A DNA stretch of 64,000 nucleotides from an uncultured Nanoarchaeota archaeon. GTDB taxonomy: Archaea; Nanobdellota; Nanobdellia; Pacearchaeales; GW2011-AR1. A model generated the notes under the pieces. That model ran no database searches. It was given only the letters and a program-made list of their open reading frames with translations, and was not told where the DNA came from. This document shows, piece by piece, positions 38,380 to 47,358 of this stretch. Position numbers and translations under genes: made by a program. The DNA lies in the NCBI GenBank assembly GCA_963743615.1, contig CAVUQF010000002.1:129697-193696 (forward strand). The letters are read 5' to 3'. Position 1 is the first letter of the stretch. Every line of letters begins with the position of its first letter.

Positions 38380-39311
38380 TTTAGCATAATTTTCAAATTG
38401 GGAATAATCCCGAACTTTTCCTCGCCGCTAATGAAACCGCCGCCTGTTGCAACCTTAAAATTTCCGCCATCATTCAAATCCTTGCTGCTTAAATCATCAT
38501 AAATGTTGGAATACTTATCCTTTAAGGATAATCTATTAAAATCCGTTCCATTGCTGATTTTTTGGAGGCTTAATCCAGTTTTATTAAATTCTCCGATGAA
38601 AGAAGTGAGAGCATTAAGGGTTATTGTTTTTCCCGTATCTTTTTCCCCAAAAATTATGAGGGCTTTTTTAATCAGATATTTCCTATAAAGTTGAAACCCA
38701 AACCATTCCTGAAGAACAGGAACATCCTCAGGGTATAATGATTCTTCAATGAATTTCAACCAATTCGGACAAACAGCTGACGAATCATACTCGATGGGAA
38801 TTATATTCTTAAAATGATTTTTAGGAGAGTGAGGATCTAAACTTTTAGTTGCGAAATTAAAAATCCCATTAACAAGAGGAAGGCAGTTAATATTTGTTTT
38901 ATCAAATTCTTCCTGCGTTATATGATTTCTTCGCTTAATTTTTGCGATTATTTCACTAACAGGATTAATTTTTGCGAATTTTCCCAGAATTTCCTCACAC
39001 TTTTTTTTAACAAAGCTCTCTGCCATGTAATCCCAAGTTTTTCCATTAAAGATCATCAAAGTTTCTTTTGTCTTTCCAATAATCGTTAGAAGAGAGTGAT
39101 TTTCACAGAGATAATTAGCCAGAGAATCAATATCTATGAAATATTGCTGTAATTTTTTACTCCAAACAACAAAATTAGATTCTTCTTTTTTGTCCAGAGC
39201 AATATATTCCTCTCCATTCTCATTTTTCTCTATGGTTGCAGCTCTGCCTCTACTTTCCTGAAGTTTTCGCAAGGCTTCCAATTCTTCATGAGTAAGCTTT
39301 TCTTCAGGCAT
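38376..39311 (-). CDS. D5/P4-family primase-helicase, N-terminal part including Walker A
   Basis: A P-loop IIFGEKDTGKTITLNALTSF is present in a P4-primase C-terminal-like context. The ORF ends 4 nt into the next ORF. Confidence 0.6.
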   Translation of the reverse strand: MPEEKLTHEELEALRKLQESRGRAATIEKNENGEEYIALDKKEESNFVVWSKKLQQYFIDIDSLANYLCENHSLLTIIGKTKETLMIFNGKTWDYMAESFVKKKCEEILGKFAKINPVSEIIAKIKRRNHITQEEFDKTNINCLPLVNGIFNFATKSLDPHSPKNHFKNIIPIEYDSSAVCPNWLKFIEESLYPEDVPVLQEWFGFQLYRKYLIKKALIIFGEKDTGKTITLNALTSFIGEFNKTGLSLQKISNGTDFNRLSLKDKYSNIYDDLSSKDLNDGGNFKVATGGGFISGEEKFGIIPNLKIMLN

Positions 39312-39573
39312 TCTTAGCGCCCCCTAAAATTAGTTTTTCTTTAGTTCCTATGCTTAAATTTTGAGAAATTTTGAAAGATTTTTCATTATTTGAAGAATAA
39401 TCCCTAAACCTAAACTTTCTGATTTTTCCATGCTTCTTAGCGCATGGTTGACAGCAGAAGCAATCTTCCCCTGTTTTATTATCTAACAAGCAGCCGAAAG
39501 TTAAGTTATAACAGAACCAACAGCGGCCCGGAATCTCATCATCTACAATCTTGAAATAAGAGAAGTGCTTCAT
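39304..39573 (-). CDS. Small Cys-rich (zinc-ribbon-like) protein
   Basis: The motif CWFCYN...CFCCQPCAKKHGK gives about 8 Cys in 89 aa. Confidence 0.35.
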   Translation of the reverse strand: MKHFSYFKIVDDEIPGRCWFCYNLTFGCLLDNKTGEDCFCCQPCAKKHGKIRKFRFRDYSSNNEKSFKISQNLSIGTKEKLILGGAKNA

Positions 39574-40085
39574 CTTGAAACCTCCCTAATAGCTAAAATA
39601 TAACTTTCTTTTAGAGTTATTAAATACCCCAACTTATCTTTTATAACAAGTTCTTCTTTAGATGTTTCAGGAAGAACAAAGCCGAGATAATAATTTCCGT
39701 TTGGGATCTCAACCTTAACCCATTTACCGACATACAAACTAAAATCCATGAAAAAAGTTAATCCTAAGGATTACCCTCCTCTTTTAGAATCTTCTTAGCC
39801 CCTTTTAGAGAATTTAATCTGATAAGAACAGCTCTCTTTAATCCTGATATTTTAGAAGCTTGGTCTAATATAGAAATTTCTTCAGGAGTAAAATTTGTTA
39901 GAATATGAATTGTGCGAAAAACCATACTGAGAGGTCAGCTAATAAAAATTAGACTTGACTTCTCAACTCCTCTAAAATAGAAAATCTTGCGGTTTTCATA
40001 ATATCCATTATAATGTATTCTTTAAATATTTTTCTATCTTTTGAAAGAAGAAATAGTTTTTTAAAATTAGTTTCTATAAAAGTAA

Positions 40086-40580
40086 ATGGGAGCAAGAAGA
40101 TTTGACTATTATGTTTTTATAGATTATTCAGAGAATTTATTAGGATATCTCATAATAAACCAAGATAAGATAGATGAATTCCTTCCTAATATATCCAAGT
40201 TTGCTCATTATAAAGAATTAAAACACAAACCAGAGTATATCCATTCTATAAAAAAGATAATTGAGAAAAATAAAATTCAATCTTATCTTTTAAAGACTAA
40301 AATTAGAAAGAGTGCAGACACGCCCGAAATATACTCGGATATCCTGGATTTTTTGAAAAGAAATGATAATTGTCTAATTTTTATTTCAATAGATAATAAA
40401 CAATATTCTAACTTTGAAAAATTGGTTAGAATCATTGATGGAAAAAATATTAAGGTAGTTAAAGAAAGTGAATTAAAGAAAGATACATTTGAATTTAGGA
40501 TAAGCCTTGTACTAGACACTTTGCTAAATATTAATCGATTGAAAAGTATAAACTTAAGTAAAAAATCTAAAATAAGATAG
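40086..40580 (+). CDS. Hypothetical protein (element cargo)
   Basis: A 164-aa ORF. Confidence 0.4.
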   Translation: MGARRFDYYVFIDYSENLLGYLIINQDKIDEFLPNISKFAHYKELKHKPEYIHSIKKIIEKNKIQSYLLKTKIRKSADTPEIYSDILDFLKRNDNCLIFISIDNKQYSNFEKLVRIIDGKNIKVVKESELKKDTFEFRISLVLDTLLNINRLKSINLSKKSKIR

Positions 40581-40782
40581 GGTAAGGAGATCCGTCAATC
40601 CTAATAACCACGTCAGGCGTGGGGTTCGTCAGGTTCTGTTTCCCTACGAATTATATAGATAAATGAGGATTATAAACTTTACGAAATTAAAATAGCTTAT
40701 CCAAAAACATTTAAAAGTTAGAGTTATATTCTCTTTAAATCAACCTTTAGAGTTCAAACAATCTAAAGTTTGTAAATCATAT

Positions 40783-40940
40783 CCCCGCATAGCTCAGTGG
40801 TTAGAGCGCTTGGCTGTAGTTGCGAGACACTTTTAGTGTTTAACTAGGATGGATATTCCACAAGGAAATTAGATGAAGTCTGAAAAGCCAGAAGTTCAAC
40901 AGGACCCGAGAGATCCCCAGTTCGATTCTGGGTGCGGGGA
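40783..40940 (+). tRNA. tRNA-Tyr (anticodon GUA) with an approximately 85-nt intron at the canonical 37/38 position
   Basis: Exon 1 is 40783-40819. Its acceptor is CCCCGCA with a C1-G72 pair, the D-arm is GCUC/GAGC, and the anticodon arm is CUUGG-CUGUAG. The intron is about 40820-40904. Exon 2 is 40905-40940 with CCGAG, T-arm CCCAG-UUCGAUU-CUGGG, acceptor UGCGGGG and discriminator A. The intron boundaries are approximate. Confidence 0.65.
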
Positions 40941-40972
40941 TCCATTATATTAGTCTCTTATTAGTAGTAACG

Positions 40973-40990
40973 TTTCATAAGATTTATAAA
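40973..40990 (+). promoter_or_regulatory. Promoter (BRE-like TTCATAAGA plus TATA box TTTATAAA) for 41012
   Basis: The TATA box starts exactly 29 nt upstream of the ATG. The same 17-mer recurs upstream of the next two genes. Confidence 0.6.
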
Positions 40991-41011
40991 GCCTAAAATT
41001 CTAGAAGTATT

Positions 41012-41338
41012 ATGAAAGTGTTATCTAAGCAGAAAGCTAATGAAAAAGATAAAGAATTGAGAAGTATAGAGGAGTTAGTTAAAAATACGGGATTTGCTGC
41101 ACTCATTATAAGTATGGGTTGTTATGTTCTTAATGGCTCTCCCCTTATCATGGCTGCAGGAATGGCCAGTATTCCAATTACAAATTATATAGCTAGTAGG
41201 ATTAGTTATACTGCAGATAAGTATCATGATCAATCTCTATCAAACAGAGAAAGGTGCAGGAAGCACTTGGTTGGATATTATGAACCTTCTATTATTGAAG
41301 ATACGTTAAACGAGATGAAATCAGATAACATTTTATAA
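41012..41338 (+). CDS. Small membrane protein, hypothetical
   Basis: A 108-aa ORF with two TM helices. Confidence 0.4.
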   Translation: MKVLSKQKANEKDKELRSIEELVKNTGFAALIISMGCYVLNGSPLIMAAGMASIPITNYIASRISYTADKYHDQSLSNRERCRKHLVGYYEPSIIEDTLNEMKSDNIL

Positions 41339-41608
41339 ATTATCTTAGATTTAGCTCTCAAAAGAACACTTTTTATAGGAGATTAGTCTATAATGAAGTA
41401 CATAAATCCTTGTCTGAAAGATAAGCCTGACTACCAGCCAGTTTTCCCATTACAGACCCTCCATTTTTTAGAGAGTTAACACTAGAAAGGGGATTTTCTC
41501 TAGAAATTCTTAATACTTCTTCCATTAAAGAGTCATAGTCCATGGAGATCATAAGCAGTAAATTAATTTTTAAATGTTTGTATCTGTAACTACTATTAAG
41601 TAAAGATA

Positions 41609-41626
41609 GTTCATAAGATTTATAAA
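41609..41626 (+). promoter_or_regulatory. Promoter (same BRE/TATA 17-mer) for 41648
   Basis: GTTCATAAGATTTATAAA, with the TATA box starting 29 nt upstream of the ATG. Confidence 0.6.
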
Positions 41627-41647
41627 TAATAGATTTTTCTGAAAATC

Positions 41648-42556
41648 ATGAAAATAATGAGCATGTCTGATATTCATGGAGACTTTGAATCGCTGGACAA
41701 AGCACTTGAAATTGTAAATAAAAGCCATGCAGACGTCCTTACAATAAGCGGAGACTTAAATGGGGAAAACCTCGATGAGGAAGATAAAAAACAATTTTAT
41801 GAATCATATAGAGAGTTGCTGAGAGTAAATTCCCAAATTAACCAGTTATCTAACGGGCAGAAAAGGCTCAATTGTTATGATACCGCAAACTTAGTCATGT
41901 CAAGGCAACTTAGGCTGGATAATAACGTTGCAGATAATGAGCTAATGAAAAAAGCAGCAAATTACCTAAGCATTGGAGAAAAGGCAAAAGGAAGAATCAT
42001 AGAAAATTATAATAAATTCAGAGACAGATTTAGTAAATTGGAGCAGAAAGTTTTTGTTGTTCCTGGAGATTGGGATACTAAATGTATGGATGATGTACTA
42101 GCCCCAAACAATCTTCATCTTAAATATCCTGAAGAAGTTGGTGGGTTCAAGTTTATAGGGTATGGGGGAGCATCAGAAGTGCCTTTTGACATCCCTCAAG
42201 AGTCTGTAGTTGATTATAATATTAAGGAGGAATTTGATTATCTTTGTCAGCATGAAGATGCAAGTATTGTCTTAACTCATGTTCCTCCAACAGACTTTGA
42301 AGGTAAGGGATCAGAGGGGAATCCATTGCTCCTTGCTTATCTTTATAGGATGGAACCGGATTTAATTCTATGCGGGCATAATCACGTCCCATTCGCACTA
42401 AAAGAGCCAAAAACAGGGACTATCGTTGTAAACCCAGGACTTCTTGGAAAGTACAAAAATGAACCTCACGGAACATTTTTGGAAATTGATGTTGATGAAT
42501 ATAAAGTATCTCCTGTAAGGTTATACTCCATTAATGGGCAAACTAAAGATTTATAG
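41648..42556 (+). CDS. Calcineurin-like metallophosphoesterase
   Basis: The metallophosphoesterase motifs DIHGD, GDLNGEN and CGHNHVPF (GNH-like) are present. Confidence 0.7.
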   Translation: MKIMSMSDIHGDFESLDKALEIVNKSHADVLTISGDLNGENLDEEDKKQFYESYRELLRVNSQINQLSNGQKRLNCYDTANLVMSRQLRLDNNVADNELMKKAANYLSIGEKAKGRIIENYNKFRDRFSKLEQKVFVVPGDWDTKCMDDVLAPNNLHLKYPEEVGGFKFIGYGGASEVPFDIPQESVVDYNIKEEFDYLCQHEDASIVLTHVPPTDFEGKGSEGNPLLLAYLYRMEPDLILCGHNHVPFALKEPKTGTIVVNPGLLGKYKNEPHGTFLEIDVDEYKVSPVRLYSINGQTKDL

Positions 42557-42579
42557 TTATTACTAATAAGTAATTACAT

Positions 42580-42596
42580 TTCACAAGATTTATAAA
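42580..42596 (+). promoter_or_regulatory. Promoter (same BRE/TATA 17-mer, one mismatch) for 42618
   Basis: TTCACAAGATTTATAAA, with the TATA box starting 29 nt upstream of the ATG. Confidence 0.6.
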
Positions 42597-42617
42597 TAGT
42601 AAAATCCTTGGATTATT

Positions 42618-43298
42618 ATGAAAAACTTGATACAAAAGATTGGTAGAATGGCTGTTCCATTGGCCCTAGTTGGGGCTGTTGGAAGTGCTCTTTATGCCCA
42701 GCCAAATATCGAAAGGCAAAGAGGGTATGTTGACGTAAAAAATCCTGCATTCGTGAAAGATGGAATGTTATATACAGTTGGATCTAGCGGGGTTTATTCT
42801 AGTGAACGTGGTGCAAGGGATAATGCTTATATGAATGCAATCCTTAAGGATAATGAAATATCCGGAGAAAGTGCAAGAGGAGTTCTGCCTATAGCTAATG
42901 AAATTGACACTACAGAAGTAAATGGGCAGCAGGATTATGTGGCAGAGGTTATGACACAGGTTCCAATTTCAAGCTTTGATACTAAGGGTCAGGCTAATAT
43001 TAAACAAAAAGACTTGGATATAAGCTCAAAATATGTAAGAGTTGGAGACTATCTTGTTGATCCAAAAGTTATGAGTGTTTTAAAGGATTATTTTGGTGTA
43101 TATGCTACTCATGAATCTAGAACTACAACTAATACCGTAAATGGTAAAACTCAGACAAATACTGAAGTTACAGATAGCCAAAAGTCGGCTATAGACGGGG
43201 GAAGATTAGAAGGAATGTTAAAAATGTTTGATGTATCTAATGATAAGGTTATTACCCCTGAAGGAATGAGTTATCTAGCAAAAAATAAGGGCAACTAA
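42618..43298 (+). CDS. Secreted protein with bacterial-type signal peptide (LPP20-like?)
   Basis: The signal peptide is MAVPLALVGAVGSALYAQP. Assignment to the LPP20 family is tentative. Confidence 0.45.
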   Translation: MKNLIQKIGRMAVPLALVGAVGSALYAQPNIERQRGYVDVKNPAFVKDGMLYTVGSSGVYSSERGARDNAYMNAILKDNEISGESARGVLPIANEIDTTEVNGQQDYVAEVMTQVPISSFDTKGQANIKQKDLDISSKYVRVGDYLVDPKVMSVLKDYFGVYATHESRTTTNTVNGKTQTNTEVTDSQKSAIDGGRLEGMLKMFDVSNDKVITPEGMSYLAKNKGN

Positions 43299-43310
43299 TA
43301 GTATAATCTT

Positions 43311-44054
43311 CTAAATTTGTTGGCTAAAATAGTCTCCAGAGCAATTCGCTTTATCAAAATCATCCGAAGAAAAGTTTCCCATGCTCCATAGATTTAACAT
43401 TATCGCAAGGTCACTAGTACTAAACTGGCATGTTCCGTTTCTTCCTTCAAGGCTATTGTACAATGCCTGTTGCTGACTAATCACTCTCTCAGAAGTTCCA
43501 GAAGGGAAGGTTAAACTTATGTTTTCTGTTTGAATATAAAAGATACACTTGCCTTGCTGCAGGCCCCTGATTTCATAATAGGAAGTTGTTGTTTGGTTGA
43601 CACCTAACAAGTCCATAGTCTCCACATTCGTAATATTTTCAAGGCTACAATTCTGTGAAAATGCAGCAAAACAGATTAAATTACTTCCACAATCAACAGG
43701 ACTCTTGTTTTGAGTAAAATTATTAACTTTAGGAGTGTTGTTATTGGTTACTTGGTTTTGATAAGGATTATTAATCGTAGGAATATTCTTCTGATTTAGT
43801 ATGAAAAAAGATACTAAAAGTATTATTACTACAGAAGCTAGAATAATCCATAAAAGTTTTTTTGGTTTTTTCTTCTCAGTTCCATCCTAATTAACCTTCG
43901 GATTTACCACTTTTGGCTGGTTGGCCGCTTTTATTGCTTCATCAATATCATAGTCAGACCACCCTCTAGCCAATAAATTTTGTTTTATTTGATCTGGGAA
44001 AAGACCTTTTGATAACTGGGAATTTATCCAATTTATAAGTCTGCCATCAGTCAT
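43311..44054 (-). pseudogene. Membrane-anchored N-glycosylation-sequon-rich surface protein interrupted by an in-frame TAG at 43887-43889
   Basis: The reading frame is continuous from the ATG at 44054 to the stop at 43311 except for a single TAG. The upstream 55 aa look cytoplasmic. Downstream of the TAG lie KKKPKKLLWIILASVVIILLVSFFIL (signal-anchor) and an N-x-S/T-rich ectodomain. The track shows only 43311..43625, from a GTG. Confidence 0.45.
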
Positions 44055-44146
44055 AAGGGTTATAGTACTATTGATTTTATAAATACATACTTTAGTGTAA
44101 AGAAAATATCTATTATTTAGTAGAGTATAGTCAAAATTGAATAGTC

Positions 44147-45022
44147 TTACTTAAAAAAAGATTTATCCATTTCTAGAACATCTAGCACATCTTGAATTCC
44201 TTCAAGGTTATGTTGCAATTTCTTTAAAATAGCATCGACTCCGCTGTTGTTTGAAGTAAATGAGTAGTTATTCAATTCATCCGGTTCTTCTTTTTTTATT
44301 TTTGTTACATTATCCAAAAAGGAGATGATCTTTTCCAGATTTTCCAAATCTTCATTAGAATATTGAGAATTCATTAGAGAGAATATGCAGTCCGCAATTT
44401 TTTCCAGCCTTCTAATCAATTCCAGATAAGTATACATAATATATTTGTCCTTTATCTGATTATCCTCTGAATAAACTTTATTTTCCATGCACATAAAAAG
44501 AATCTTTTTTGATAAATTATTCATCGAGTCTACAGAATTTTCAAGTTTTTTTAATTCTTCAAAATTTCTCTTCTTAAGTTGCTCTAGCATCAAGTTTATC
44601 AGATAAATCTCTCTCTTCATTATTTTTTCAAGATTAATATCAACATCTTTGAATAAAAAAGAGATTTCCACAGAATTGTCATCTTCATTTAGTATGTTAT
44701 ATCCCTTAAAACGCTCTAAAATATCTCGGATTTTGCTCAATTCTTTGTCTTTCTTGTTTGAAAATGAGATCTTAATATTATCAATCCCTTTTATATAACA
44801 CATTCTTATGAACTCTTTCAGCTTTTTTATTTTTTGATAGTCAACAGATACAGAACTATTCTTGCCTGACTTTGTGCCTCCCGTGTCAATTATAAGGCGA
44901 TTATCTAGACTCTCTATTGAAACAAAATCTTTTTCTTTCAAATGATTATGAACTATCCACTCTTTTGGAAGGGAAATGGAATAGGATCCTTTACCTACCG
45001 ATTGTATCTTTCTTACTTCCAT
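44147..45022 (-). CDS. AbrB/SpoVT-domain plus PhoU-like domain regulator
   Basis: The N-terminal VRKIQSVGKGSYSISLPKEWI resembles a swapped-hairpin AbrB domain. The rest is helical and PhoU-like. Confidence 0.45.
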   Translation of the reverse strand: MEVRKIQSVGKGSYSISLPKEWIVHNHLKEKDFVSIESLDNRLIIDTGGTKSGKNSSVSVDYQKIKKLKEFIRMCYIKGIDNIKISFSNKKDKELSKIRDILERFKGYNILNEDDNSVEISFLFKDVDINLEKIMKREIYLINLMLEQLKKRNFEELKKLENSVDSMNNLSKKILFMCMENKVYSEDNQIKDKYIMYTYLELIRRLEKIADCIFSLMNSQYSNEDLENLEKIISFLDNVTKIKKEEPDELNNYSFTSNNSGVDAILKKLQHNLEGIQDVLDVLEMDKSFFK

Positions 45023-45216
45023 GCAAATTATCTACTTCTCCGGTTTTAAATGTTTTATTTGATATGATATATACTTTCACTATTAATTAAACAATCCCTC
45101 TAGAGTATATAGTAGTAAATACTTCTATCAAGAATATCGAGCCAAGTGATATAATCTTTTGTTCTTTTTATCTATAAAGATGAAATGGGTGAAATAACTC
45201 CCAATGTTATGAGGGT

Positions 45217-45495
45217 ATGGTAATAAACAAGTTAGAGAAAGTGAGTGAAGAAGAATTTTTGTGTGTGATAAATGATGCAATAGCTTATTATGATTCTATT
45301 ATTTTGAAGCATTGGAAACCATTAGAAAAAGCACAGAGTTCAAAATTTGAATTTATTGATCTTTATAAAAGATATATAGAGGCGAAGAAAAATTCTGTAT
45401 TAGAGTTTACTTTAGAGTCGGATTATCTTCTAGATTTTAAAATAATAAGAAAAAAAGAGGAAATATCTCCAGTTTTATGGCATAGGTATCATTAA
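45217..45495 (+). CDS. Hypothetical protein
   Basis: A 92-aa ORF. Confidence 0.35.
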   Translation: MVINKLEKVSEEEFLCVINDAIAYYDSIILKHWKPLEKAQSSKFEFIDLYKRYIEAKKNSVLEFTLESDYLLDFKIIRKKEEISPVLWHRYH

Positions 45496-45500
45496 TAGTA

Positions 45501-46889
45501 ATGGGAAAATACAGTACAAAAACATACATAATCACTAGTGCTCAAGCCTTGGCTAGACCAAACAATGAATTCTTAGGCTCCCTGGAGAATTGTGTTGAAA
45601 AATTAGAAGGAGAACTAATTGTCCTCCCAATGATTGGAAATTCTGCTAAGCCAAAGCAGGACTATGACTTTAGGAATTTTTGTTCTAGAATAAAAGAATA
45701 TGGTCTTCAATATTTAAAAAAAGATTTTAATAATAATATTGGAATTGAACAATTTAATGTTAGGCCTTATCAAATTGATCCTATTACTGGCTTGCAACGT
45801 TTTGCACAGCGTGAAAAAAGTCTCATCTTTGCAAGTCCTAAACAGAGATGGGCATATATCCCACATTCGAATTCTAAGATGCCTAAGGCTCTTATTACTC
45901 CCGGATCGGCAACAAGACCTAATTACGCAACCTCAAAAGATGTTAGTGCTGAGAGGCGACGTCTTGGAGGAATTGCAAGAAGAGATCACGAATATGGTGC
46001 GATTATAGTTGAAGTTATGGGAGATAATAAATATCATTGGAGAAATATTATCTCTCAAGTTGATGGCAAGTTCAATGATTTGGGAACGGAATATGATGGA
46101 AAGGAAACAAAGTCTGTAAAACCTCTTGCAATGGTCTGCGGAGACTGGCACACAGGTTATACCGACAAGAAAGTACGTAAAGCTACATTGAGGATGATTG
46201 AAGAGTTCAAGCCAGACAAATTAATTCTTCATGATTTTTTTAATGGGCATAGTGTTTCCCATCATATGCAAAGACAGTTGATATATCAGATGATCAGAGA
46301 GGGAGCAGACAAAAACCATCTCTCTCTCGAGGTAGAACTTGCATTATGCGGAAAAGAGCTTGAAAAAATTGCAAATGCTGTTGGAAAAGGTCATATTTAC
46401 ATACCTGCATCAAACCATCTCGAATTTTTGGACAGATATCTTGATGAAGGGAGGTTTGTAAAAGATGCATTAAATGCAAAAATTGGATTAAGGATGGCTC
46501 TTGCTTATTCTGAAGGACTAAATCCTGTAGAAGAAGGGATTCGTTATGTTTATGGTATCCCTGAAAATGTTACATTCCTGACACGTTGGAATGATCTGAA
46601 GATTGATGGATATCAATTTGGTAATCACGGAGATACAGGGCCGGATGATGGCAGAGGTAGTATACTTACAAAAGAAAAAGACTTTGGAAAGAGTATAACT
46701 GGACATGTTCATAAATCTGAAAAATTGAGACAGACATTTACAGTGGGAACGATGCTCCCATTTAATACTTTTTACATAAAGGGAAATCCTATTGCCTGGA
46801 CACATAGCCATGCTTTCATATACCCCACGGGAGTTCAGATGATTAATATAATTGATGACCACTATTCAAGAGAGGATTCAGGAGCATGA
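45501..46889 (+). CDS. Metallophosphoesterase-domain protein with unknown 200-aa N-terminal region
   Basis: The ordered motifs VCGDWHTG, LHDFFNGH, GNHGD and GHVH match the calcineurin-like phosphoesterase fold. Confidence 0.5.
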   Translation: MGKYSTKTYIITSAQALARPNNEFLGSLENCVEKLEGELIVLPMIGNSAKPKQDYDFRNFCSRIKEYGLQYLKKDFNNNIGIEQFNVRPYQIDPITGLQRFAQREKSLIFASPKQRWAYIPHSNSKMPKALITPGSATRPNYATSKDVSAERRRLGGIARRDHEYGAIIVEVMGDNKYHWRNIISQVDGKFNDLGTEYDGKETKSVKPLAMVCGDWHTGYTDKKVRKATLRMIEEFKPDKLILHDFFNGHSVSHHMQRQLIYQMIREGADKNHLSLEVELALCGKELEKIANAVGKGHIYIPASNHLEFLDRYLDEGRFVKDALNAKIGLRMALAYSEGLNPVEEGIRYVYGIPENVTFLTRWNDLKIDGYQFGNHGDTGPDDGRGSILTKEKDFGKSITGHVHKSEKLRQTFTVGTMLPFNTFYIKGNPIAWTHSHAFIYPTGVQMINIIDDHYSREDSGA

Positions 46890-46924
46890 GATATTTTTAA
46901 AAATCCAATAATCTTAGTTGTAAA

Positions 46925-47185
46925 ATGAAAAAGGATGATATGGAAATCCTAAAGCATGCGAACTGGATTGAATACCTTGCAAATAAAAATATTGATGTCA
47001 GTGAAAGGAAAGATAAAAAAACAGGCGAAAGATTTCTGCATTTGAGCAAGCCTGTTGAAGAAAAGCTAAAAAGGAAGATTATAAATCACCTTCTTAGGGA
47101 TTACGACGATGTAGAATCAATAAATCGTGCGCTAGAAGATTACAAGTTTGAAAATGGATTGGGCAAGAAAAAGCCCAAGAAATAG
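46925..47185 (+). CDS. Hypothetical protein
   Basis: An 86-aa ORF. Confidence 0.35.
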   Translation: MKKDDMEILKHANWIEYLANKNIDVSERKDKKTGERFLHLSKPVEEKLKRKIINHLLRDYDDVESINRALEDYKFENGLGKKKPKK

Positions 47186-47358
47186 GTTCATTATAAAATA
47201 GCAAAAATAGAACAGAAATATTTAAAAATAAAATCTTTTTTTACAATTTAGTACGAAATCAAAAAGAGGTAAAATGAAGAAAAAAGATTTTGATGAGAGT
47301 GAAGAGGAATCGGACTCTATCGACAGCTTTGTTGATGATCTTGATCTTGATGAATAAT

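Larger units (their letters stand above)
34940..40796 (+). mobile_element. Integrated element (about 5.9 kb) inserted at the 5' end of tRNA-Tyr, bounded by 16-nt direct repeats
   Basis: ATCCCCGCATAGCTCA occurs at 34940-34955 (partial) and at 40781-40796 (the start of the complete tRNA-Tyr). A tyrosine integrase gene lies immediately inside the left repeat. The cargo includes a D5/P4-like primase-helicase and small ORFs. Confidence 0.6.

Noticed and set aside
43887-43889. Genetic-code reassignment of TAG (for example Pyl)
   Set aside because: TAG is the terminator of confidently identified genes in this window, for example the PP-loop ATPase 1626..2309 and 1265..1573. A global reassignment is therefore unlikely. 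The in-frame TAG is kept only as a local pseudogene, error or readthrough candidate.
47275-47358. Tiny acidic ORF (MKKKDFDESEEESDSIDSFVDDLDLDE)
   Set aside because: It is too short and low-complexity to support without conservation data.
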